A model generated the notes under the pieces. The model was not told the origin of the DNA, searched no databases, and was given only the letters and a program-made list of their open reading frames with translations. Shown here piece after piece: positions 28,654 to 37,449 of a stretch of DNA of 64,000 nt. Where the stretch lies: assembly GCA_017442585.1 (NCBI GenBank), contig JAFRZM010000053.1:27012-91011 (forward strand), in the 5' to 3' direction. Each line of letters opens with the position of its first letter. Position 1 is the stretch's first letter. This DNA is from Lachnospiraceae bacterium (lineage in GTDB: Bacteria > Bacillota > Clostridia > Lachnospirales > Lachnospiraceae). The position numbers and the translations under genes were made by a program.

Positions 28654-29766
28654 ATGTCGGATAATCGTAAGACGATCGGAATCTTAACATTCCATCGTGC
28701 GATAAATTACGGTGCGCTTCTCCAGGCGTACGGCCTTCAGGAAGCGTTAAAAGGCTTAGGACAAAACGCAAAAGTAATAGACTACAGATGTCCTTTCGTT
28801 GAAAAAGCATATCGCTTAACATGGGGCCTTAATAAGAAGAAACTTAAAAGTTACATCGTAACCTTCAAAGGAATGAGCAAGGTAAAAGAGAAAAACCAAA
28901 TGTTTAGGGCTTTTGCCTCAAAACACTTAGACCTTTCGAAAGTCTACAACGCAAGCGATGTAAAACAAATCGAGAATGATTTCGACGAGATAATCACAGG
29001 TTCCGATCAGGTTTGGAACATGGATATAAGCGGAAACGACAGGAATTTCTTATTGGAGAGCCTTAAGGATTCGAAAAAGAAAAATTCCTACGCCGTATCA
29101 CTCGGAACATATAAATTAAGCGAGAAAGACGTAAACGACATAAAGGGCTTTGAAAGAATCTCACTTCGTGAGCCTGCAAGTGCGGCATACGTAAAGAGCC
29201 TCACGGGTCGTGATGATGTGCATGTTGATATCGATCCGACACTTTTGCTCAATCAGGAAAAATGGGAAGAGCTCGTAGGAAAAGAAGGCCCGGTGAAGGG
29301 TGACTACATTTTTATCTACTCTGTTCATCCGCAAAACCACATGATTGAGTATGCGAAAAAGCTTGCAAAAGAAAAGAACATGAAGGTCATCTACCTTCAT
29401 AACCGCATTAAGATGGATCTTAAGTTTAAGGATGTTACAATGCTTACGCACGTGACACCAGAAGACTTTTTGACACTTATACATAATGCTTCGTATGTTA
29501 TTACGAATTCGTTCCACGGAACGGTATTCTCGATAATCTTTAGAAAGCAGTTTTTGTCGGAGCTTACGACAAAGGGCGGATTCAATAACAGAGTTTACGA
29601 CCTTTTGACGGAGCTTGGAATAAGCCGCAGAATCTTGGAGCCTGTACGTAATGTAAACGACGGACTTACGATAGACGAGTCGATAGACTTCGACAGTGCA
29701 AATGAAAGATTAGAAGAATTGCGAAAGAAATCGTTGAAGTACCTTGAAACTATAATAGAAAAGTAG
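28654..29766 (+). CDS. Polysaccharide pyruvyl transferase family protein
   Basis: NYGALLQAYGL, GSDQVW, SLRE, DPTLLL, TNSFHGTVFS. Confidence 0.9.
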   Translation: MSDNRKTIGILTFHRAINYGALLQAYGLQEALKGLGQNAKVIDYRCPFVEKAYRLTWGLNKKKLKSYIVTFKGMSKVKEKNQMFRAFASKHLDLSKVYNASDVKQIENDFDEIITGSDQVWNMDISGNDRNFLLESLKDSKKKNSYAVSLGTYKLSEKDVNDIKGFERISLREPASAAYVKSLTGRDDVHVDIDPTLLLNQEKWEELVGKEGPVKGDYIFIYSVHPQNHMIEYAKKLAKEKNMKVIYLHNRIKMDLKFKDVTMLTHVTPEDFLTLIHNASYVITNSFHGTVFSIIFRKQFLSELTTKGGFNNRVYDLLTELGISRRILEPVRNVNDGLTIDESIDFDSANERLEELRKKSLKYLETIIEK

Positions 29767-29776
29767 GAGGAAGGAA

Positions 29777-31519
29777 ATGTATTCGAAGATTAAAAACGTC
29801 CAGTTTCTGGTTCAGTTATTGAAAGAGCACGGAGTTCACCATATGGTGTTATCCCCGGGCGCAAGAGATATACCGATCTCTCACTCTGTAGAGGAGGATC
29901 CTTTCTTTAAATGTTATTCCGTAGTTGATGAGCGTTCTGCAGCATACTTTGCAATCGGACTTTCTCAGCAGCTTGGAAATGAGATAGTTGCGATAGTTTG
30001 TACATCGTCTGTTGCAGCGTCAAACTATATGCCGGGTATAACGGAAGCGTTCTACTTAAAGGTGCCGCTTCTTGTAATTACTTGCGACAGAAACCCGAGA
30101 CTTCTCGGACAGATGGAAAATCAGATGATCGATCAGGTAGATATGTTCAAAAACTTCTGCAAGAAGTGCGTAAATCTTCCTTTAATCGAAGCACCTGAAG
30201 ATGACTGGTATTGCCAGCGTCTCGTAAATGAGGCAATTCTTGAAGTAAAGCATCACGGCATGGGACCTGTACAGATAAACGTTCCGATATCAGGCGGTAT
30301 CGGTATGTTCCAGGAAGAGCCGTTGCCGCCTGTTACAAAGATTGAGCGTCTTGAGTATATGCGTGATGATAACGCTTGGGAAGATAGAAAGAATAAACTT
30401 CGCGAAGCTAAGCGTATCATGGTTGTATGCGGACAGAGAACTCCTGTAACTGCAGAAGAATACGGTTACATGGAGCAGTTTGCGAAAAAGTACGACTGCG
30501 TTATCGCGACAGAGCGAATTTCAAACGTAGAGGTTGAAGGAAGTCTTAATATCTTTGGCGCAGCACAGGTTATGCCGCTTGAAAAATTCGATGAATTCAT
30601 TCCTGATATAGTAATTACAATCGGCGGAAACTTCGTATCACGTATAAAGGACCTTCTTCGCGCAAGATGCGGTAAGTTCGAGCACTGGTCGGTTGCGGAA
30701 GACGGAGTTATCTGCGACGTATTTAAGAGCCTTACAACTGTATTTGAATGTACACCGTATGACTTCTTTAAATACTTCGGCGAAGATGACGGCGAAGGTG
30801 TAGGAAATGACCTTATGTACTTCAAGAAGTGGGCTGAGTATGTTGAATTTACTAAGTTTCCGGATCTTGAGTATTCAAACTCATATGCAATTAAGAAGCT
30901 TGCAGAAAAGATGCCGGCTAATTCTTTGATGCACCTTGGAATTTTAAATGCGACACGTATCATGTCGAGCTGTATCGTTGCGCCAAACCAGATTTCTTAC
31001 AGCAATGTCGGAGCATTTGGTATCGACGGATCCATGTCGACATTTATGGGTCAGGCAGTTGCAAGCCCTGATAAGCTCGCATTCCTTGTAATAGGAGACT
31101 TAAGCTTCTTCTATGATATGAATGCATTACAGATTAAGCACGTAGGTAAAAACGCGAGAATTTTCCTTATCAATAACCACGGAGCAGCTGAGTTCCATTA
31201 CTTCATGGGACAAAAGCTCATACCTACAATTAACTGGCATATTGCTGCCGAGCATTCAACGGATGCGGAAGGCTGGGTTAAGAGCAGACACTTTAATTAC
31301 TTCAGCGCTCATAACAAAGAGGAATTTGATGCGAACCTTGACGCATTTATAAATCCTGATGCAGATTGTCCGCAGGTATTCGAAATCTTTACGGAAAAAG
31401 ATAAGGATGCGGATATCTTGAAGGCATTCTATGCAACCTTTAAGCCACAGAAGTCTACTATGGAAAAGGTTGAAAATAAAGTAGAGAAAGCGGTTAAAAA
31501 ATGGAATCCATTTCGTTAA
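29777..31519 (+). CDS. MenD-like thiamine-diphosphate-dependent enzyme
   Basis: SPGARD, catalytic Glu in VDERSAAYFAIG, CDR...ENQMIDQ, GIDG, ThDP motif GDLSFFYD...NNHG. Confidence 0.9.
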   Translation: MYSKIKNVQFLVQLLKEHGVHHMVLSPGARDIPISHSVEEDPFFKCYSVVDERSAAYFAIGLSQQLGNEIVAIVCTSSVAASNYMPGITEAFYLKVPLLVITCDRNPRLLGQMENQMIDQVDMFKNFCKKCVNLPLIEAPEDDWYCQRLVNEAILEVKHHGMGPVQINVPISGGIGMFQEEPLPPVTKIERLEYMRDDNAWEDRKNKLREAKRIMVVCGQRTPVTAEEYGYMEQFAKKYDCVIATERISNVEVEGSLNIFGAAQVMPLEKFDEFIPDIVITIGGNFVSRIKDLLRARCGKFEHWSVAEDGVICDVFKSLTTVFECTPYDFFKYFGEDDGEGVGNDLMYFKKWAEYVEFTKFPDLEYSNSYAIKKLAEKMPANSLMHLGILNATRIMSSCIVAPNQISYSNVGAFGIDGSMSTFMGQAVASPDKLAFLVIGDLSFFYDMNALQIKHVGKNARIFLINNHGAAEFHYFMGQKLIPTINWHIAAEHSTDAEGWVKSRHFNYFSAHNKEEFDANLDAFINPDADCPQVFEIFTEKDKDADILKAFYATFKPQKSTMEKVENKVEKAVKKWNPFR

Positions 31520-32349
31520 GTAACGGTAAAAATATACCGAAGGTGATGCTTGGTTCATTCCAGATGAATAAAGAATCCGATATGGAAGCCGTAGTTGAAG
31601 AAGCGATTAGCAAAGGCGTTTACGGATTCGATACGTCACCTAGTTATAAAACAGAGGAGTCGCTTGCGAGAGCCGTACATAAGGCTCTTTCAAAGCACAC
31701 CGATGTAAAAAGAGAAGATTTATTCATAGGATCAAAGATCGATTCGTGGATGATGATGGAAGGCAAAGGCGATATAAGAAAGTACGTAGAAGATGTACTT
31801 GAGAGGACAAAGCTCTCATATTTAGACCTTCTTTTAATCCACTGGCCACAGCCTGAATACCTCGTACAGACATATCTTTGTATGGAAAAGCTTTACGAAG
31901 AAGGCATGGTTAAGTCAATCGGTGTTTGTAATCTTAAGGTACGCCATTTTAATAAGCTTATAGAGGGCGGTGCGACAATTACACCGCACGTTGCACAAAA
32001 CGAGATTCATCCGTTTAATACGGAAGAAGAACTCGTTTCATACTGCAAGGAAAAGAATATAGTCGTTCAGGCGTATAGTCCGCTTTGTCGTATGATACCT
32101 GAGATTAAAAATGACGCAACGCTTAATATTTTAGCAATAAAGTACGGTGTATCTGTAGCACAGCTTATGCTTCGTTTCCATACACAGCGAGGACTTGTGC
32201 CGATAGTTAAGACATCAAGCCCTAAGCGCGTATCAGAGAATACAGACATATTTAACTTTACTATAGAAGAAGATGATATGAAGACGATATCCTTACTCGA
32301 CAGACACTTTAAGATGTTCTTAGAGTCAAGATGCTGTCCGGGATATTAA
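31501..32349 (+). CDS. Aldo/keto reductase
   Basis: Catalytic tetrad motifs FDTSPSY, SKI, LLIHWP; SIGVCN, QNEIHP, QAYSPL; overlaps the MenD-like stop. Confidence 0.93.
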   Translation: MESISLSNGKNIPKVMLGSFQMNKESDMEAVVEEAISKGVYGFDTSPSYKTEESLARAVHKALSKHTDVKREDLFIGSKIDSWMMMEGKGDIRKYVEDVLERTKLSYLDLLLIHWPQPEYLVQTYLCMEKLYEEGMVKSIGVCNLKVRHFNKLIEGGATITPHVAQNEIHPFNTEEELVSYCKEKNIVVQAYSPLCRMIPEIKNDATLNILAIKYGVSVAQLMLRFHTQRGLVPIVKTSSPKRVSENTDIFNFTIEEDDMKTISLLDRHFKMFLESRCCPGY

Positions 32350-32360
32350 GGAGGCGCGAT

Positions 32361-33113
32361 ATGAGAGGTTTAATAATAGCAGTTATCATATTGGCTGTGC
32401 TTATTTTGATTGCGCTTTTCCTTTGGCTTTCAAACAAAGCGTATTTTAAGTTTTTGCGTCACGATAAGCCGACAAGCTATTTTAAGGATTTAAGATATCG
32501 TAATGTAGAAGGAATAATAGTCGGAAACGGCGCGGTATTTAAGTATTTATATCCGAGACGTAATCAGCAAAAGATTTATATCTGCACGACCCACAGAAGG
32601 TCGCTTGATATGGATTTTGCGGCTTTAAAGACGTACTTTTCTCACGTAAAGGATGGCGGAACAGCCTATATTTACGCAGATTACGGCGACTTTAAGAAGT
32701 ATAAGGATTTACGTACTCCGGCGGATTTTGAAATAATACATCCGCATATCTTCCTTGAACGTCAGGAAAAGCCGAGAAAATTAAGAAACAAGTATCCGGT
32801 AATATTCTTCCCGGGATACACTTTTTCCTATCTTTTTATGCGTACGTTTAAGATGATGGGAATGTATAAGAAAGACCGCGCGTTATTAAGTAACGTAGCG
32901 TATAACGAGAAAGATGTTAAAGAAATGGGCGAGATGCTCTCCGAAATGGCAAGCTTTTGCCTCGAGCGTACGCTTAAACCGGTAATCCTTCTTATGGACA
33001 ATGGAGATATGCGCGTCAACAACGAATTAAAGGAAACGTGCGTAAGATCCGGCGAGGTAGAAGTTAAAATAATCAAGCGTTCGTCAGATTTTAAAGAGAT
33101 ATTATTTAAGTAA
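32361..33113 (+). CDS. Membrane-anchored hypothetical protein
   Basis: AAGGAGG SD before ATG 32361; one N-terminal TM helix. Confidence 0.75.
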   Translation: MRGLIIAVIILAVLILIALFLWLSNKAYFKFLRHDKPTSYFKDLRYRNVEGIIVGNGAVFKYLYPRRNQQKIYICTTHRRSLDMDFAALKTYFSHVKDGGTAYIYADYGDFKKYKDLRTPADFEIIHPHIFLERQEKPRKLRNKYPVIFFPGYTFSYLFMRTFKMMGMYKKDRALLSNVAYNEKDVKEMGEMLSEMASFCLERTLKPVILLMDNGDMRVNNELKETCVRSGEVEVKIIKRSSDFKEILFK

Positions 33114-33125
33114 AGGTGGTGCCGT

Positions 33126-34217
33126 ATGAAGCAAAGAAGCATGAAAAATGTATTGCTCTTAATAATGCTTACTATAGCTATGCTTGTTTGTGCGTGCGGA
33201 AACAACGGCCCGCGTGTCGAGTATGGCAACGGCAGTAATATCTTAAAGCCTAAGGGCGAGGGAGACGACGAGGAGTATACGGAAGAAGACCTTCCGACAC
33301 TTTATATATTTGAAAATGTAAACAAATCTGCGAATCTTTTAAGTTTCATGAAGATTGGTGGTTCGAATAGGGAATTTATTTATTCTTATTCGGGACAGAC
33401 GGCATTTGTTACGCGTTACGGTTCGTATATGACGGTTGACGGGCTTAATCCGGGCGATGTAGTAGAGCTTAAGATAAAAGAGTCTGAGCAGTTATGCCTT
33501 GAAGTTAAGGTCTCAGACCATGTATGGCTCTTTGACGATATCGATAAATACGATATCAATATGAGTAAGAACATGCTGACGGTCGGAAGCAACAAGTATT
33601 ATATAACGGAAAATGTGCCGGTATATAAAGGAAATGAAGCACTTACGGTAAACGACCTTACAGGAAATGAATCGATAGCTTTATACGGATATGATAAGAC
33701 GATTATTTCTGTAGTTATAACGACGGGACACGGAACGCTTGCTTTTACGCATACGGATGACTATGAGGGTGGATATTTCGTTCTCGGAAATGTCGCGGCG
33801 GCGGAGATTACGAAAGATCTTCGTATGAACGTAAAGTGCGGAACGTATCTTTTAATGGTATCCGCAAACGGCATGAGCGGTAGCATGCAGGTTACGATAG
33901 AGGACGGAAAGACAGCATTTATCAACCTTTCTTCGTTCGTAAAGAAGACGGAGAAGCGCGGCGAAGTAACCTTTATGGTATCGGTTAACGGTGCGAAGCT
34001 TACAATAAACGGTAAAAAGATAGATTATTCAAATCCGATATCGCTTAAGTACGGTGTATATAAGGTTGTATGTACTGCGGACGGATATGACGAGTGGGTG
34101 AGATACATCATAGTTAATTCGAAGACGGCATACATCGATATTAACCTCGATAAAACAGTCATTAGTAATGACGACGATGATGACTCGGGAACCGTCTCCG
34201 GAGACGAGGGAAATTAA
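33126..34217 (+). CDS. Lipoprotein with C-terminal PEGA-like domain
   Basis: Lipobox LVCACG; GAKLTING...L.YG.Y.V...ADGY..W pattern. Confidence 0.75.
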   Translation: MKQRSMKNVLLLIMLTIAMLVCACGNNGPRVEYGNGSNILKPKGEGDDEEYTEEDLPTLYIFENVNKSANLLSFMKIGGSNREFIYSYSGQTAFVTRYGSYMTVDGLNPGDVVELKIKESEQLCLEVKVSDHVWLFDDIDKYDINMSKNMLTVGSNKYYITENVPVYKGNEALTVNDLTGNESIALYGYDKTIISVVITTGHGTLAFTHTDDYEGGYFVLGNVAAAEITKDLRMNVKCGTYLLMVSANGMSGSMQVTIEDGKTAFINLSSFVKKTEKRGEVTFMVSVNGAKLTINGKKIDYSNPISLKYGVYKVVCTADGYDEWVRYIIVNSKTAYIDINLDKTVISNDDDDDSGTVSGDEGN

Positions 34218-34342
34218 CAAATGTGCCCGATTTGAGTTCGCTTTATATAGTGGTAAAGCGGTCAAAAATACACAAAATGCGGAACTGCGCGGTTTAAATA
34301 CAAAAAAATGCATAAAAATCGCGGAAAATGGGCATTTTTTTA

Positions 34343-34371
34343 TTGACAAATGTTAAAAAAGCAAGTATAAC
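34343..34371 (+). promoter_or_regulatory. Sigma-A promoter of hup
   Basis: TTGACA, 17 bp, TATAAC. Confidence 0.85.
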
Positions 34372-34438
34372 TAAAGGGTGAGAGAAATCTCAGACAAAAA
34401 AATATCCCGTATTATTGAATACAAGGAGGAACTTAATA

Positions 34439-34720
34439 ATGAACAAAGCAGAATTAGTAGCAGTTATGTCAGATAAGGCTGGCATCACAAAGAAGCAGGC
34501 AGAGATCGCTTTAAAGGCTTTCACAGAGACAGTTGGTGTTGAATTAAAGAAGGGCCAGAAGATTCAGTTAGTAGGTTTCGGTACATTCGAAGTTGTTAAG
34601 AGAGCAGCTAGAACAGGTAGAAACCCTCAGACAGGTAAGGATATGAAGATTCCGGCATCAAAGGCTCCTAAGTTTAAACCAGGTAAGGCTTTAAAGGATA
34701 TCGTTAATTCTGGTAAGTAA
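34439..34720 (+). CDS. hup: DNA-binding protein HU
   Basis: MNKAELV...LVGFGTFEV..RAARTGRNPQTG..FKPGKALKD; AGGAGG SD. Confidence 0.98.
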   Translation: MNKAELVAVMSDKAGITKKQAEIALKAFTETVGVELKKGQKIQLVGFGTFEVVKRAARTGRNPQTGKDMKIPASKAPKFKPGKALKDIVNSGK

Positions 34721-34745
34721 TTTATTTACTATAACAAGAATTATG

Positions 34746-34771
34746 GGGACGTGCTTCGCACGTCCCTTTTT
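34746..34771 (+). terminator. Terminator after hup
   Basis: GGGACGTGC-ttc-GCACGTCCC followed by Ts. Confidence 0.88.
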
Positions 34772-34848
34772 ACTTGATTAAATTGATTGGGCTATAATAA
34801 GTTCAAGTTCTTTCTTAAAAATAAAGTTTGTGAAGAAGGGGTAATAAA

Positions 34849-35088
34849 ATGAGATTAGATAAATATTTAAAAGTATCAAGATTAATTAAGCGTCGTACTG
34901 TTGCAAACGAAGCATGTGATGCAGGAAGAGTTACAATAAACGGTAAAGTTGCAAAGGCCGGCACGGAAGTAAAGGTCGGCGACATAATCGAGATCGCATT
35001 CGGTAATAATCCTGTAAAGGCAGAAGTCCTGGACGTACAGGAGACAACAAAGAAAGAAGATGCAAAGGAACTTTTCAGGTATCTTTAA
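34849..35088 (+). CDS. yabO: S4-domain RNA-binding protein (YabO/HslR/RqcP family)
   Basis: MRLDKYLKVSRLIKRRTVANEACDAGRV. Confidence 0.93.
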   Translation: MRLDKYLKVSRLIKRRTVANEACDAGRVTINGKVAKAGTEVKVGDIIEIAFGNNPVKAEVLDVQETTKKEDAKELFRYL

Positions 35089-35177
35089 TCTATAATTTTA
35101 AAGTGAACTGTCTTGAATTTAAAAGATACATAGGTTAAAATTTCTTATGTATTCTTTTAATGGTAAGGAAGGTATAT

Positions 35178-35462
35178 ATGTCTGCTAGAAGGAAAAAGCA
35201 AAGAAAATCTTATCTTGTGACGATAACCTTAGTGCTGCTTTTGATAGTACTGGGCTTTAATATGGTGAAGTTATACAGCAAGAACCGTGCGCTTGAAGCA
35301 AGGGAAGAGTATCTTAATAAGCAGATAGAAGACGAAGAAGACAGGTACGAATCGCTTACGGAATACGAGAAATTTACTAAGACTATAGAGTTTGTTGAAA
35401 AGATTGCCAGGGAGAAGCTCGGCCTTGTCTTTGGTAATGAAATAATATTTAAGGAGAAATAG
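35178..35462 (+). CDS. divIC: Septum formation initiator (DivIC/FtsB family)
   Basis: Basic N-terminus, single TM, coiled coil, EKIAREKLGLV...EI motif. Confidence 0.85.
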   Translation: MSARRKKQRKSYLVTITLVLLLIVLGFNMVKLYSKNRALEAREEYLNKQIEDEEDRYESLTEYEKFTKTIEFVEKIAREKLGLVFGNEIIFKEK

Positions 35463-35482
35463 CGTCGCATGACGCTTTTTTT
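35461..35482 (+). terminator. Small terminator-like hairpin after divIC
   Basis: AGCGTC-gcat-GACGCT followed by Ts. Confidence 0.6.
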
Positions 35483-35536
35483 CATACGGCGGTAAAGCTG
35501 TAGCAGAAGTTAAATCATAACGGAGCGTTTTAAAGG

Positions 35537-36898
35537 ATGGAATTTATCGATAAGGTTAAAGAGACTATTAAAAAAAACAACCTTATAAATAGCGGCGACC
35601 GTGTACTTATCGGAGTATCGGGCGGCGCTGATTCCGTATGCCTTCTTTTGATATTAAATGGTTTAAAGGAAGAGTTTAAGTTTGATATCTCGGTTCTCCA
35701 TTTTCATCACATGATAAGAACCGAAGCAGATAAGGACGCAGCCTTTGTAGAAGATTTATGCAAGCGCCTTAATGTGCCGTTTTACTTTTACAAAGAAGAT
35801 GTAATTGAGTATGCTAAAGAAACAGGGACTACAACAGAAGAAGCCGGAAGGATTCTTAGATATAAAGCATTTAACGAATGCATGAAAGAGCATGACATTA
35901 ATCTTCTTGCAACAGCACATCATGCAGATGATCTTGCGGAGACGATGCTTTTATTTTTGACAAGAGGCACGTTGCTTAAAGGACTTTCTCCTATAAAAGT
36001 AAAAAATGGTAATACAATCCGCCCGCTTTTAAACGTCACAAAAGAAGAGATAAAAGAGTATCTTTTAAGAAATAACGAAACATACTGCGAAGACGCGACT
36101 AATAACGATAACGACTATTCCAGAAATTATATAAGAAACGAGATAATGCCTCGTTTATCAAAATTAAATGATAAAACGACAGAGCATATGGTTAAGACAG
36201 CATCATTTATCGATGAAGCAACAGAAATCTTAGATGACGTCGTAAAAACTGCCGAAAGTACGCTTTTAAGGCGTGAAAATGATAGGGTTGTAATTTTAAA
36301 CGAAGCAGTAAACGAGAAATCCTATATAAAAAAGAGTATTATTCATAACGCGCTTGTTGAAACCTGCGGACGTATGAAAGACATTGCCAATATCCACGTA
36401 GATGAAGTGCTCGCACTTTTTGATAAGCAAGTCGGAAGAATTATAAATCTTCCATACAGCATGATTGCAAGACGTGAATATGACGGCGTTTCGGTGAGAT
36501 TAAGCGCCGATGAGGCAGACGAAGCCACAGAAAAAAGCAATAAGTCAGAGATAAATTATAAAGTCCGAACTTTTGCCTACGACGGAAGTGCCGATTTTCC
36601 GCAAAAAACATATACCAAATGGTTTGATTATGATATAATAAAGGATAACTTTGAAATTAGAAAAGTTAGAGACGATGACGTTATCGTAGTATTAAAGAAC
36701 GGTGGAAGCAAGAAGGTATCGGATTTACTTAAAGATATGAAGGTACCTTTTGATGAAAGGACAGACGTATATGTTTTAGCTACCGGCAATCATGTATATT
36801 GGGTCATCGGAATAAGAATGGGCGAAGATGCAAAGATTACGCCCGATACTAAAAATATCACAGAGATTAAAATAGAAGATAAAGTGGAGGTAGAGTAA
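35537..36898 (+). CDS. tilS: tRNA(Ile)-lysidine synthase
   Basis: PP-loop SGGADS, AHHADD..ET, IRPLL, RNYIR. Confidence 0.97.
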   Translation: MEFIDKVKETIKKNNLINSGDRVLIGVSGGADSVCLLLILNGLKEEFKFDISVLHFHHMIRTEADKDAAFVEDLCKRLNVPFYFYKEDVIEYAKETGTTTEEAGRILRYKAFNECMKEHDINLLATAHHADDLAETMLLFLTRGTLLKGLSPIKVKNGNTIRPLLNVTKEEIKEYLLRNNETYCEDATNNDNDYSRNYIRNEIMPRLSKLNDKTTEHMVKTASFIDEATEILDDVVKTAESTLLRRENDRVVILNEAVNEKSYIKKSIIHNALVETCGRMKDIANIHVDEVLALFDKQVGRIINLPYSMIARREYDGVSVRLSADEADEATEKSNKSEINYKVRTFAYDGSADFPQKTYTKWFDYDIIKDNFEIRKVRDDDVIVVLKNGGSKKVSDLLKDMKVPFDERTDVYVLATGNHVYWVIGIRMGEDAKITPDTKNITEIKIEDKVEVE

Positions 36899-37422
36899 TG
36901 AGCGAGAAAATATCCGTAATGATCGACGAAAGCAAGGTAGATGCAAGAATTAAGGAACTTGGAGAGTTAATTAGTCGTGATTACGAAGGCAAGACGGTTC
37001 ACATGATCTGTGTGCTTAAGGGCGGCGTATTCTTTATGTGCGAGCTTGCAAAGAGAATTTCCGTGCCGGTTACAATGGACTTCATGTCTGTATCAAGTTA
37101 CGGCAACGGTACAGTATCAAGCGGTATAGTCAAGATCGTAAAGGATCTTGATGATATGATAGAAGGTAAGGATGTCCTTGTAGTTGAGGATATCATCGAT
37201 TCCGGAAGAACATTAAGTTATCTTTTGGAGACATTAAAGAGCAGAAAACCGAATAGCCTTAAGCTTTGTACTCTTTTAGACAAGCCTGACAGACGTGTTG
37301 CAGAAGTACACGTTGATTATACGGGCTTTGAGATTGAAGATAAGTTCGTTGTAGGTTACGGACTTGACTATGCTCAAAAATACAGAAACCTTCCGTATAT
37401 CGGAGTGGTTGAATTAGACTAG
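36898..37422 (+). CDS. hpt: Hypoxanthine phosphoribosyltransferase
   Basis: VLKGG, VEDIIDSGRT, FVVGYGLDYAQKYRNLP. Confidence 0.98.
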   Translation: MSEKISVMIDESKVDARIKELGELISRDYEGKTVHMICVLKGGVFFMCELAKRISVPVTMDFMSVSSYGNGTVSSGIVKIVKDLDDMIEGKDVLVVEDIIDSGRTLSYLLETLKSRKPNSLKLCTLLDKPDRRVAEVHVDYTGFEIEDKFVVGYGLDYAQKYRNLPYIGVVELD

Positions 37423-37449
37423 AACCTGTAGAAACGAGAGGACGAATAA

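Noticed and set aside
29777-31519. Calling the ThDP enzyme a menaquinone-pathway menD
   Set aside because: No other men gene is in the window, the neighbours are glycan genes, and the canonical SNRG arginine is replaced; kept as MenD-like.
34220-34340. Structured RNA upstream of hup (CGCTTTA/TAAAGCG and TGCCC/GGGCA stems)
   Set aside because: It lies upstream of the mapped promoter and the stems are short; it may be only a terminator or UP-element region.
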